This document shows positions 19,260-27,599 of a stretch of DNA of 52,056 nucleotides, piece after piece. This stretch comes from Acidimicrobiia bacterium (lineage in GTDB: Bacteria > Actinomycetota > Acidimicrobiia > Spongiisociales > UBA5794). The DNA lies in NCBI GenBank assembly GCA_036985755.1, contig BTQG01000003.1, positions 1 to 52,056 on the forward strand. The letters run 5' to 3'. The position numbers were made by a program, and so were the translations under genes. The notes beneath the pieces are model-generated. The model worked only from the letters and a program-made list of their open reading frames with translations, ran no database searches and had not been told where the DNA came from. Numbering within the stretch: the stretch's first letter is position 1; every line of letters starts with the position of its first letter.

Positions 19260-20024
19260 TCAGCCACCGAAGCGTCGGCGCCAACCCCAGCGGGTGATGA
19301 GAGCGATCGCCTCGATCGCGATCCCGGGCGACATCTTGGATTGACCCAGCTCTCGGTCCCGGAAGCGGATCGGGACTTCGGCGATTGTCAGCCCGGCTTC
19401 CTTTGCCCGCCACGTCATCTCCACCTGGAAGGCGTAACCCGAGGCATCACACGAAGCGGGGTCGAGCTGCTCGATGGCCGCTGCGGAGTAGGCGCGGAAG
19501 CCGGCCGTTGTGTCCCGGACGTCGAGATCGAGCAGGATGGCCGCGTACTCGTTGCCGGCTCGTGAGATCGCCTGGCGGTACCAGGGCCAGCCTTCGGTTC
19601 CGCCGCCGCGGACATACCGGCTACCGATGACCACGTCTGCCCCCGACTCGATCGCTGCGATCAGGGCAGGAAGGTCTGCGGGGTCATGGGAAAAGTCGGC
19701 ATCCATCTCGCACAACACCCGTGCACCGTGCTCGATCGCCATGGCGAACCCCGCGGCATACGCGGTGCCCAGGCCTGCTTTCTCGGGGCGGTGCAGGACA
19801 TCGAACCCGTCGTCGGCGCCGGCGAGTGCGTCGGCAAGATCGCCGGTACCGTCGGGAGATCCGTCGTCGACGATCAGCACGTGGTATCCGTGGCGGCGCG
19901 CCGCCGAGCTGATCGCTTCGAGGTTGTCGACCTCGTTGTACGTGGGGATGATGACCGTCACATCCTCGGGACGGATCATCGGGCGATCTGCGGGCGAGTG
20001 CACAGGACTGGCAAGGGATTCCAT
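19260..20024 (-). CDS. GT2 polyprenol-phosphate mannosyltransferase (Ppm1/DPM1-like)
   Basis: Track ORF 19260..20411 is trimmed to ATG 20024 (MESLASP...). Motifs are VIIPTYNEVDNL, LIVDDGSPDGT and MDADFSHDP. Confidence 0.85.
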   Translation of the reverse strand: MESLASPVHSPADRPMIRPEDVTVIIPTYNEVDNLEAISSAARRHGYHVLIVDDGSPDGTGDLADALAGADDGFDVLHRPEKAGLGTAYAAGFAMAIEHGARVLCEMDADFSHDPADLPALIAAIESGADVVIGSRYVRGGGTEGWPWYRQAISRAGNEYAAILLDLDVRDTTAGFRAYSAAAIEQLDPASCDASGYAFQVEMTWRAKEAGLTIAEVPIRFRDRELGQSKMSPGIAIEAIALITRWGWRRRFGG

Positions 20025-20067
20025 GCCAATGCTATCGGCGCGCAAGCGGAATGCCTTGATGTTGGGC

Positions 20068-20481
20068 TCAGGCGGCGCAGTCGTTGCAGATCTTGCGCCG
20101 CGCATCGGCAAGCTGGCTCGTATTGAGGACGAGAAAGCACCGTGAGCAGACGAACTCGTCCTCGGTGGCCTCATCGGCACCGCTGCGGTCCATTGCCAGC
20201 TCTTCGCGGCGGATCGCTCGCATCTCGGCGGCCTCGTCGACAACCAGGGTCTCGGAAGTCTCGTCGTCGGTGAGCATCTCGAGCTCCTCGGCTTCGAGCT
20301 CATCGAGCGCTTCGGTGTCGGCCTCGGGATCAGCGTCGGACTTGGAGTCGGCAGCGTCTGCCGAGCCCTCGGCCCCACCAGCCCCATCGAGAACCTCTGT
20401 TTCCAGGGCATCCTCGTCGGGCTCGATATCTTCGGCGATATCGTCGACGATCGTTTCCTCGGTCATCTCTTCGGTGGGCAT
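20068..20481 (-). CDS. DUF4193 family protein
   Basis: Trimmed to ATG 20481, preceded by GGAGG. A very acidic N-terminal two-thirds is followed by DEFVCSRCFLVLNTSQLADARRKICNDCAA. That C-terminal CxxC...CxDCAA tail matches actinobacterial DUF4193 proteins as I recall them (e.g. Rv2699c). Confidence 0.8.
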   Translation of the reverse strand: MPTEEMTEETIVDDIAEDIEPDEDALETEVLDGAGGAEGSADAADSKSDADPEADTEALDELEAEELEMLTDDETSETLVVDEAAEMRAIRREELAMDRSGADEATEDEFVCSRCFLVLNTSQLADARRKICNDCAA

Positions 20482-20536
20482 CCGACCTCCGCGCGGCGGG
20501 AGCATACACACGGACTCAGTATTCGGCGACGCTGTT

Positions 20537-21418
20537 TTAAATCTTGAACAAGATCGCTCGATGCAGAGTCCGAACGGCGATTGGTCCGGTTCCGAGAACC
20601 TCTCCATCGGCTTCAACCGGCCACGATCCCGGGCATTCCACCCGTACCGTTGCCCCTTTCCTGCGGGTCACCGCCCGGTGGCTGAGGTGTTTGCCACGCA
20701 GCATTCTTGCCATGATCGTCGGCGCGTTGCGGCGGGGACCGGCGAACAGCTGCACATCCAACAGCCCATCCTCCACAGAAGCACGGGGAGCGACGTTGAG
20801 CCCACCTCCGAAGAACTGCCCGTTCGCAATCACGACGTTCATGAGGTCACCCCCCAGACTCCTGCCGTCTACCTCGACGCGCACGTCGGCTGACGGGAAC
20901 CCGGCGAGCGCCATCCAGAACGCGATCGTGTAGCGGGTTGCGCCGAGCCAATCCGGCAACCGTGTCGCCATGTCTGCGGAACGGGCGGCGATACCCACGT
21001 TTGCCGCGTTCAGGAAGTGCCTCGCCCCGAACGCGCCCTCGATGAGCCCGACGTCGGTCGGGTATCGCTGCTCGTCGATGAGGTGACTGGCTGCGTCCTC
21101 GAGGCGTCGCGGGATGCCAAACGTTCTGATGAAGTCGCTTCCGGAGCCTGCGGGAAGGATTGCAAGTGTTGGTGGGGTGACCCAGTTGTGAGCCATCAAA
21201 CCATTCAGTACCAGGTTGGCCATCCCATCTCCACCGACCGCAGCGAAGTTGGTGAACCCGTTGGCCGCTCCTTCTGCCACAACGTCGCCAACCGAGTCGG
21301 TTGATGGCGACACTCGGATATCGTGGGCAATGCCGTGTGCGGTCAGCGCGGCGGCGGCTCTCTCCCCGAGATCCTGTCCCCTGCCTGCCGCCGGGTTCAC
21401 GATCACCCACCAGCTCAC
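20537..21418 (-). CDS. diacylglycerol/lipid kinase family protein (YegS-like)
   Basis: MSWWVIVNPAAGRG... plus AAVGGDGMANLVLNGL (the GGDG motif of the DAGK catalytic domain). The start overlaps the helY stop as GTGA. Confidence 0.85.
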   Translation of the reverse strand: MSWWVIVNPAAGRGQDLGERAAAALTAHGIAHDIRVSPSTDSVGDVVAEGAANGFTNFAAVGGDGMANLVLNGLMAHNWVTPPTLAILPAGSGSDFIRTFGIPRRLEDAASHLIDEQRYPTDVGLIEGAFGARHFLNAANVGIAARSADMATRLPDWLGATRYTIAFWMALAGFPSADVRVEVDGRSLGGDLMNVVIANGQFFGGGLNVAPRASVEDGLLDVQLFAGPRRNAPTIMARMLRGKHLSHRAVTRRKGATVRVECPGSWPVEADGEVLGTGPIAVRTLHRAILFKI

Positions 21419-23940
21419 AGCCGTCCCCCGGAAGCCACCACACCCCTGTCGATGGCTCGCACGGCCTCGGCAGCCACCACCGCGATCGCAGGGAACCCAT
21501 CTCGCAGCTGGCGCAGCAGGTCCAGCAACTGACGCCCGTTTCGCACGAAGTCTCCTGCGCCGAAATCATCTTCTCCGAACAGCTCATCGAGCGAAGCCCC
21601 GAGGGCCCAGGCGTGTGCGATCCCGGCGAAACCGGGCTCGGGTTGCCGCGTGGGGTCGAGACCGGCCCCGTTCTCCGCGACGACGAGCTCCCTCCACAGT
21701 TCGTCGATGGCCAGGAGTTGATCCGAAACTCGTCCAACCATCCGCCCTTCGCGGAGGTCGTCTTTGCGAGGCTGGAACGTGAATGCAGAGACGACGCCGG
21801 CAAGCTCCGCTGAGGAAAGCTGATCGAGCAGGCCCCGCTCGACCGCCTCGACGATGAGCAGATCCATCTCGTTGTACACGCGTCGCAGCCGCTGCCCTCG
21901 CTGGGTCAGGGACCACCCCTGCAGGTAGCCCAGGCTTTCGAGCACGGAGATGCGGCGGGAGAAACGTTTGAGAAGGTCATTCCCGCGGCGCTGCAGACGA
22001 CGTCTCAGCCTCCGCAGGTCTTTTTCCGCCCTCTCGGCCCTGAGAAAAAACGAGCGGTGAGCCTCGATATCAGGGCAGGCCGCTATCGCGTCGTCGCCTG
22101 GTGCGCCGCCGAGGGCGCTCCGGGAGGGTTCCGTGGACTGCCACGAGCGCAACGAATCGGCAACCGCTCTCAGGTAGGCAGGATCTCTGGTCGTCACCGG
22201 TTCGGCGAGTCTCATCGTCCCCAAGTGTGCCGTTGTGTCTCCGAAGTCGGTAGGTCGCAGCCGTCGTGTCCGTGCGGCGTCGGACAGAAGCAAGACACGC
22301 GGGGCGTTCCCCCAGCCGCGAGCGAGCAGCACCCACCGGTCCCGACCGGTGATCGTCAGCACGTCGCCCTCGTGCAGCGACCTGGCAAAGATCCGCATCG
22401 ACTCTGCACGGTGTTCGCCGTCTCCCTGTGCGAGGTACGACGCGATATCGCCGCGTTCGCATGTTGCCGCTGCCCTGAACTCGGTCATCTCCGTTGTTCG
22501 TTCCTCGATGCGGCGCTCCAGTGCCCGTCGACCCTCCTGCGAGCGATACTGGGCGAAGGATGCCTCCAGCATTTCCTCGGCCTGGCTGCGTTCGTAGTTG
22601 GCGACCAGATTCACCGCCATGTTGTATGACGGGTCGAAGGACGACACGAGCGGGTGGCTGCCTGCTCCCGCCACGTCGACGACGGTGGAGAACGGGACGT
22701 ACCGGCTGTACAGGACGACCGCCGTTCCCCGTTCATCGATTCCACGCCGGCCGGCTCGCCCGGTGAGCTGGGTGTAGTCGCCGGCACGCAGCGTCTCGTG
22801 GCCCTCGCCGGTGAACTTGCTGAACTCCTCGAGCACGACCGCCTTCGCCGGCATGTTGATTCCCAGCGCCAGGGTCTCGGTGGCGAACACCACCTTCACC
22901 AGACCAGCGGCGAACAGCTGCTCGACGGTCTCCTTGAATGCCGGGATCATGCCGGCGTGATGAGCGGCAACGCCGGCCTCCAGTGTGTCGAGCCAGGCGG
23001 CGAAACCGAGCACGGCAAGATCCTCTTGAGCAAGGTGGGCAGTGCGATCGACGACGACAGCCCGAATCTGTTCACGATCTGCGGCGGTAGTCAGGCCAAG
23101 GCCGGCCCCGGCCACCATTCGGGAGGCGGCGTCACAGCCCGCCCTGGAGAAGATGAAGTAGATGGCGGGCAGCAGACCGGAACCGAGCAGATGCTCGGAT
23201 ACCTCGAGCCGGCGCGGTGTGGAGAACCGGGGGCGTTTTCCTCTGCCCTTTCTCAGCATGGTCAACAGGCGTTTGTTCCCCCGCTTCCCATCGGAGTCGA
23301 ACACCGGGAACCGTTCCAGGGCGTGGTTGTGGAATCGGTCGCTGAGTAGGTAGGTCGATTCGAGTGGTACCGGGCGGTGATGTTCGACGATCAGGCTGGT
23401 CGTCCCTCGGCGACTCTCTACCCAGCCGGTGAATTCTGTCGGGTTGGCGATGGTGGCGGACAGGCTGATCAGCTGAACCGTCTGCGGCAGGTGAATGATG
23501 ACTTCCTCCCACACCGAGCCACGGTACCGGTCCTGGAGGTAGTGCACCTCGTCGAGAATGACGACACCGAGATCGTCGAGAGCGGCGGAGTCGGCGTAGA
23601 TCATGTTGCGAAGCACTTCTGTGGTCATCACCACCATTGGCGCCTCGGCGTTGATGGTGTTGTCCCCGGTGAGCAGACCCACGTGATCGCCCCCATAGGC
23701 CGCGACCAGATCACCGAACTTCTGATTGGACAACGCCTTGATCGGCGCCGTGTAGAAAGAGCGACGGCCCAGTTTCATGGCGCGGGCGATTGCCGCCTCG
23801 GCGATCAGCGTTTTTCCCGCACCCGTCGGGGCGGTGACGACCACGGCCTCGCCGCGGTCGATGGCTCGAGCGCTCTCGATCTGGAAGCGATCGGGCTCGA
23901 TGGGGTGCTCAGCCAGGAACGCACTCGCCTCGTCGGTCAA
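21415..23940 (-). CDS. helY: Ski2-like DEAD/DEAH-box helicase HelY
   Basis: Motifs APTGAGKT (Walker A), ILDEVHYL (DEVH), LSAT and TGRAGRRG in an 841-aa ORF. It lies next to tatC, as helY-tatC-tatA does in mycobacteria. Confidence 0.92.
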   Translation of the reverse strand: MTDEASAFLAEHPIEPDRFQIESARAIDRGEAVVVTAPTGAGKTLIAEAAIARAMKLGRRSFYTAPIKALSNQKFGDLVAAYGGDHVGLLTGDNTINAEAPMVVMTTEVLRNMIYADSAALDDLGVVILDEVHYLQDRYRGSVWEEVIIHLPQTVQLISLSATIANPTEFTGWVESRRGTTSLIVEHHRPVPLESTYLLSDRFHNHALERFPVFDSDGKRGNKRLLTMLRKGRGKRPRFSTPRRLEVSEHLLGSGLLPAIYFIFSRAGCDAASRMVAGAGLGLTTAADREQIRAVVVDRTAHLAQEDLAVLGFAAWLDTLEAGVAAHHAGMIPAFKETVEQLFAAGLVKVVFATETLALGINMPAKAVVLEEFSKFTGEGHETLRAGDYTQLTGRAGRRGIDERGTAVVLYSRYVPFSTVVDVAGAGSHPLVSSFDPSYNMAVNLVANYERSQAEEMLEASFAQYRSQEGRRALERRIEERTTEMTEFRAAATCERGDIASYLAQGDGEHRAESMRIFARSLHEGDVLTITGRDRWVLLARGWGNAPRVLLLSDAARTRRLRPTDFGDTTAHLGTMRLAEPVTTRDPAYLRAVADSLRSWQSTEPSRSALGGAPGDDAIAACPDIEAHRSFFLRAERAEKDLRRLRRRLQRRGNDLLKRFSRRISVLESLGYLQGWSLTQRGQRLRRVYNEMDLLIVEAVERGLLDQLSSAELAGVVSAFTFQPRKDDLREGRMVGRVSDQLLAIDELWRELVVAENGAGLDPTRQPEPGFAGIAHAWALGASLDELFGEDDFGAGDFVRNGRQLLDLLRQLRDGFPAIAVVAAEAVRAIDRGVVASGGRL

Positions 23941-23957
23941 AGAGCCCCCATTGTCTG

Positions 23958-24668
23958 TTACTTCTTCAGGATGAAGCGGACGGCCAGGATCGCAGCTTCG
24001 TACAGCACATACATGGGGCCGGCCAGCAGCATGAGCGTCAACGGATCACCGGATGGGGTAATCACGGCGGCGAACACGACGATGGTCAGCACCGCCCAGC
24101 GTCGGCTCTGGCGGAGCCGACGACTGGTCACCGCGCCGAATGCCGCCGCGGCGAAGATGAATACCGGGAACTCGAAGGAGATTCCGAAAGCGAGAATGAA
24201 GCGCATGGCGAACTGCAGGTAGAACTCGGCGCCGATCACAGGGGACAGAGAGTCCCCACCAAATCCGAGCAGAAAACCGAGCCCCCGGGAAAGGGCCCAG
24301 TACCCGACGGTGATCCCGGCAAGGAACAGGCCAACGAAGATCGTCGTCAATGGGATCGCCCACCGCTTCTCTCTCGACGTGAGCGCAGGGGCGACAAACC
24401 GCCACGTCTGGTACAGGATCGCAGGACTGGCCAGGATCACACCGCCGAACAGGCTGATCCGCATTACCAGCGAGAACGCCTCGGTCGGGCGGAAAAAGGC
24501 AAGTTCGGTGTCAACCGCAAGCTCGTACGGCCGGATCAGGATGGCGAGGATCTGCTCGTTGAACACGAAGGCGACCACCGTGCCGATGGCGACGGCGACG
24601 AGGGACTTGATGGTGCGGCTTCGGAGCTCCTCGAGATGATCGACAAACGAGGCTGGTTTGTCGGTCAT
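23958..24668 (-). CDS. tatC: twin-arginine translocase subunit TatC
   Basis: The N-terminus is FVDHLEELRSRTIKSLVAV, followed by six predicted TM segments. Length 236 aa. ATGA overlap with tatA. Confidence 0.95.
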   Translation of the reverse strand: MTDKPASFVDHLEELRSRTIKSLVAVAIGTVVAFVFNEQILAILIRPYELAVDTELAFFRPTEAFSLVMRISLFGGVILASPAILYQTWRFVAPALTSREKRWAIPLTTIFVGLFLAGITVGYWALSRGLGFLLGFGGDSLSPVIGAEFYLQFAMRFILAFGISFEFPVFIFAAAAFGAVTSRRLRQSRRWAVLTIVVFAAVITPSGDPLTLMLLAGPMYVLYEAAILAVRFILKK

Positions 24669-25045
24669 TGATCGGCGGGTTCGGTTGCTCCATCGCCGGA
24701 CTCGTCTGCGGGCGGCGACTCGTCTGCGGGCAACGGCTCGTCTGCGGGCGGCGACTCGTCTGCGGTGACACGGGTCTGCGATGTGTCACCGTTCTCGCCA
24801 AGGGAGGCGACGGCACGCGTCACATCCCCTTTGAGCCCGTCGAACTCATCCTTGAGGTCCCGAATCGGCGCCAACGTTTCTCCGTAGCCGGAGTCGATCG
24901 CCTCAGCGACGTACGACGTCGCCTCTCTGGCCTTGGTCAGCCATGCGCCGATCTGTCGCGAAAGCTCGGGGAGCCGTTTCGGACCGAACACGACGAGAAT
25001 GACCACGACGATCACGAGGATCTCACCGAACGAGATGCTGCCCAT
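24665..25045 (-). CDS. tatA: TatA/TatB-family translocase subunit with repetitive acidic/Pro tail
   Basis: MGSISFGEILVIVVVILVVFGPKRLPEL is the TM helix plus the FGPKRLPE hinge. An amphipathic helix follows. The tail is ...DESPPADEPLPADESPPADES. Confidence 0.9.
   Translation of the reverse strand: MGSISFGEILVIVVVILVVFGPKRLPELSRQIGAWLTKAREATSYVAEAIDSGYGETLAPIRDLKDEFDGLKGDVTRAVASLGENGDTSQTRVTADESPPADEPLPADESPPADESGDGATEPADQ
24699..24770. repeat. 18-nt tandem repeat x4 inside tatA (encodes the hexapeptide repeat)
   Basis: The four units are gactcgtctgcgggcggc, gactcgtctgcgggcaac, ggctcgtctgcgggcggc and gactcgtctgcggtgaca, read directly. The repeat is in-frame and coding. Confidence 0.85.
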
Positions 25046-25071
25046 AGCCGCGATGGTAGGGCGTTTCCGCC

Positions 25072-25176
25072 GCGAGCTATGAGCTACGAGCCTGCGAGTC
25101 CTCAGTCTTCAGTCGTCAGCTTTCAGCGCGATCGCAGTCACTGATGACTGATGGCTGATGATCGAAGACTCTCGTC
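25072..25176. repeat. about 15 phase-locked heptamers forming an imperfect dyad centred on GCGATCGC
   Basis: The left arm has GAGCT-type units (gcgagct atgagct acgagcc tgcgagt) followed by NNTCAGN units (cctcagt cttcagt cgtcagc tttcagc). The centre is GCGATCGC (25128..25135). The right arm reads cagtcac tgatgac tgatggc tgatgat, and the arms are roughly reverse-complementary. Confidence 0.85.
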
Positions 25177-25183
25177 AACCGAA

Positions 25184-25213
25184 AGCGCCTCCGGGGGGTA
25201 ACCCGAAGGCGCT
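25184..25213 (-). terminator. hairpin with a U-rich tail downstream of the Zn-ribbon gene
   Basis: AGCGCCT (25184..25190) pairs with AGGCGCT (25207..25213), and there is an inner CGGG/CCCG stem. On the minus strand the hairpin is followed by TTTCGGTT. Confidence 0.5.
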
Positions 25214-25237
25214 CGGTGGCCCTGCTCTGCCCGCCTC

Positions 25238-25534
25238 TCAGTCGAAGGAAGCAACATCTCTGAACCAGTCCTCACCATCCAGCGCCGCGGCGAACTCGCT
25301 GATTTCGTCCTCGGTGATCGGACTGGCTGTGGCAACGATCTCATACGCCACACCGGTGGCGAGCAGCACACTGACCACTCGCCGGCTTGCCGGACGCCGC
25401 TGCGTCGCGCCACAGAATGGGCACTCGAAACGGTATCTACCCTCTTCTGCGCCGACGGCCATCTCTAGGCCGACATCGTCGATGGTGAGCTCGACGTCCC
25501 CGCAGGAGGGGCAAGTAGTGCGAATGGTGGTCAT
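25238..25534 (-). CDS. hypothetical zinc-ribbon protein (98 aa)
   Basis: Trimmed to ATG 25534: MTTIRTTCPSCGDVELT...RYRFECPFCGATQRRP (CxxC-x27-CxxC), followed by an acidic tail. It lies between pafC and tatA. No family recognised. Confidence 0.6.
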   Translation of the reverse strand: MTTIRTTCPSCGDVELTIDDVGLEMAVGAEEGRYRFECPFCGATQRRPASRRVVSVLLATGVAYEIVATASPITEDEISEFAAALDGEDWFRDVASFD

Positions 25535-25596
25535 ACCGGGTAACTCCGTTGCCAGCGTCGAGTACAACATCGGCAACCGGGAAGTTCCCTAAATGA

Positions 25597-26550
25597 CTAT
25601 TTCCCCCTAGTCAGTTCATCCGTGGTTCTATAGCGCTCGAGGATCCGATTCCGCAGTTCGGCGACGGTCTCTGCCACGTTGGCGCCTTCGACGAGCTCCG
25701 CCGAATCCCCGAGGCGGAGTAGGAGACGGGCCGCAACCGCAGGGTCGGATACGCTCATCCTTATGGTGGTGGCGTCATCGGTGACATCGATGATGTCCAC
25801 CGGGTAGTGCTCGGCGACCCAGCCCGCCTGCGGCGACAGCCGGATCGTCACCCGGGTGTCATCTTCGTTTGGCGTGTACCGGACCTCTAGCGGCGGCCGC
25901 TCTTCCTTTCGGGCGAAAGTCTCCCCCGTCAGCTGGGCGGTTCGGATGCGATCGATCCGGAACACCCGCTCCGCTTGCGCAGAGCGGCACCAGGCCGACA
26001 CGTACCAGTTGCCGAGCGTCGAGAACACCGCCCACGGCTCGATATCTCTGATCGTCACCTCGCCGGTGGCGACCGAGCTGTGCTCGATGGTCACCACGGA
26101 CCCACCCTCGGCGGCTGCCCGAAACTCCGCAACCAGGGGCGGCTCAGGAAGCTCGACCACCACAGCGTCGTCGGCATCGGGGAGAACGACGCGCTGCAGC
26201 TTGTCCACCGCACTGTCGAGGGCCGGCGGACCTTGTCCTGACGATTGCAGCGCTCGACCCGCGGCCAACAGACCGAGGGCTTCGACAGCGGTCAGCCGAA
26301 CCGGCCGGGCGAAGTAGTCGGCCATCTCGACGATCACCTCGTCCTCGTCGATGTAGGCAACCATGAGGTCACCCGGGCCATAACCGGGGAGGCCACACAC
26401 GAACACCGTGGCGAGGTCCTTCGCCAGCTGCTCCCTGTCGTAGTCGAAACGTTCCGCGACCTCATCCACGCTCGAACCCGGGTTGGCGATGAGCCACGGC
26501 AGCACCGCCAGCAGTCGGTTCAGCCGACGGGCGGTTCGCGGGGCGCTCAT
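25597..26550 (-). CDS. pafC: proteasome accessory factor PafC (HTH-WYL regulator)
   Basis: The N-terminal wHTH is RLNRLLAVLPWLIANPGSSVDEVAERF. A WYL-type middle domain and C-terminal extension follow. ATGA-coupled to pafB and adjacent to pafA. Confidence 0.88.
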   Translation of the reverse strand: MSAPRTARRLNRLLAVLPWLIANPGSSVDEVAERFDYDREQLAKDLATVFVCGLPGYGPGDLMVAYIDEDEVIVEMADYFARPVRLTAVEALGLLAAGRALQSSGQGPPALDSAVDKLQRVVLPDADDAVVVELPEPPLVAEFRAAAEGGSVVTIEHSSVATGEVTIRDIEPWAVFSTLGNWYVSAWCRSAQAERVFRIDRIRTAQLTGETFARKEERPPLEVRYTPNEDDTRVTIRLSPQAGWVAEHYPVDIIDVTDDATTIRMSVSDPAVAARLLLRLGDSAELVEGANVAETVAELRNRILERYRTTDELTRGK

Positions 26551-27467
26551 GAACCACCCCCGACCAGTTCCACGAACTGGTCGATGAGCTGATCGGGTCC
26601 CAGGATCACGGCCCGATCCTCGAACCCGATCAGCCAGCTCAGCAGCGGAGGTACCGCCCCTACCTCGAGTACGACGTCGATCCCCCCGTCCTCAGCCTGG
26701 GTTACGGACTCCGACATTCCCAGCTCCCGCTCCGCGATCCACGCCACCTCTGGATCGAAATGGATGGTTGCCATGAGCGACTCTGTGCCCTGGTCCCAAG
26801 GCTGGTCTGCTACCGCATCCTTGGCGCGGAATCCTGATGGGCGCTCAAAGGCGTCGCGATCCCCGATCGTGAGGTTGGCGGCCCGATCCAGGCGGTATAC
26901 CTTCACGATGTCACCGGCCTCAGGCCCGACGAGGTACCAGTGGCCTCGCCGGTGGACCAAGCCGTACGCGTGCACGACCCTGGTGCGGCCGCGGTAGTCG
27001 AACGTCGCCGATCGGCGATCGGATACCGCGGAGAAAACCTCAGCCACCAGCTCTGCTTCTGCGCCGAGGTCGGCACCCACCGGCACTACTGAGTCGGCGG
27101 CGATCGCCCCACCGAGCTTGAGGACGGCATCGGGCCCCGAGGCCTGGCCGCCGAAGCGCACGGCCTGAACGGCGAGGGCGAGAGCGGTGCGCTCTTCTTC
27201 GGTGAGCCCGGGATCCTCCAACGCGTATTCGGCCTGGGGAACGACGTAGCCGTGCTCCACCTCGAACACGTCGGTAGCCACCAGCCGCAGGGGTACACCG
27301 ATCTGGCGAAGCAGGTCCTTGTCCCGCTCGAATGTTCTGCGGAAGGCTTCGTCGCCCTTGTCGTCGTAGCCGGCGACCGTGAACCGAATCTCGTCGGCGC
27401 TCACTGGATGATCGGCAGTCAGCAAAAACGCCAGCAGGTTGAGGATGCGCTCGATGACCTTTTGCAT
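26547..27467 (-). CDS. pafB: proteasome accessory factor PafB (HTH-WYL regulator)
   Basis: The wHTH is ERILNLLAFLLTADHPVSADEIRFTV. The WYL-like core is RVVHAYGLVHRRGHWYLVG. Length 306 aa. Confidence 0.88.
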   Translation of the reverse strand: MQKVIERILNLLAFLLTADHPVSADEIRFTVAGYDDKGDEAFRRTFERDKDLLRQIGVPLRLVATDVFEVEHGYVVPQAEYALEDPGLTEEERTALALAVQAVRFGGQASGPDAVLKLGGAIAADSVVPVGADLGAEAELVAEVFSAVSDRRSATFDYRGRTRVVHAYGLVHRRGHWYLVGPEAGDIVKVYRLDRAANLTIGDRDAFERPSGFRAKDAVADQPWDQGTESLMATIHFDPEVAWIAERELGMSESVTQAEDGGIDVVLEVGAVPPLLSWLIGFEDRAVILGPDQLIDQFVELVGGGS

Positions 27468-27476
27468 AGAGGTCCA

Positions 27477-27498
27477 GTATTACGTACAACGTATCACG
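27477..27498. repeat. 22-nt TACGT-rich element, copy A (reverse orientation)
   Basis: The plus strand reads gtattacgtacaacgtatcacg. Its reverse complement, CGTGATACGTTGTACGTAATAC, is identical to 34296..34317. The copy lies 10 nt upstream of the pafB ATG. A degenerate partial copy, cgtaacacgtaatac, is at 27565..27579. Confidence 0.9.
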
Positions 27499-27599
27499 TA
27501 TCCCGCATCGAGCGCCACGGTTTGTCTCTCCCCCATTTGGGAGGAGAAGGAGCGCCGGTGGACTCGTAACACGTAATACTCAGTCCGCTTTGCGGATTG

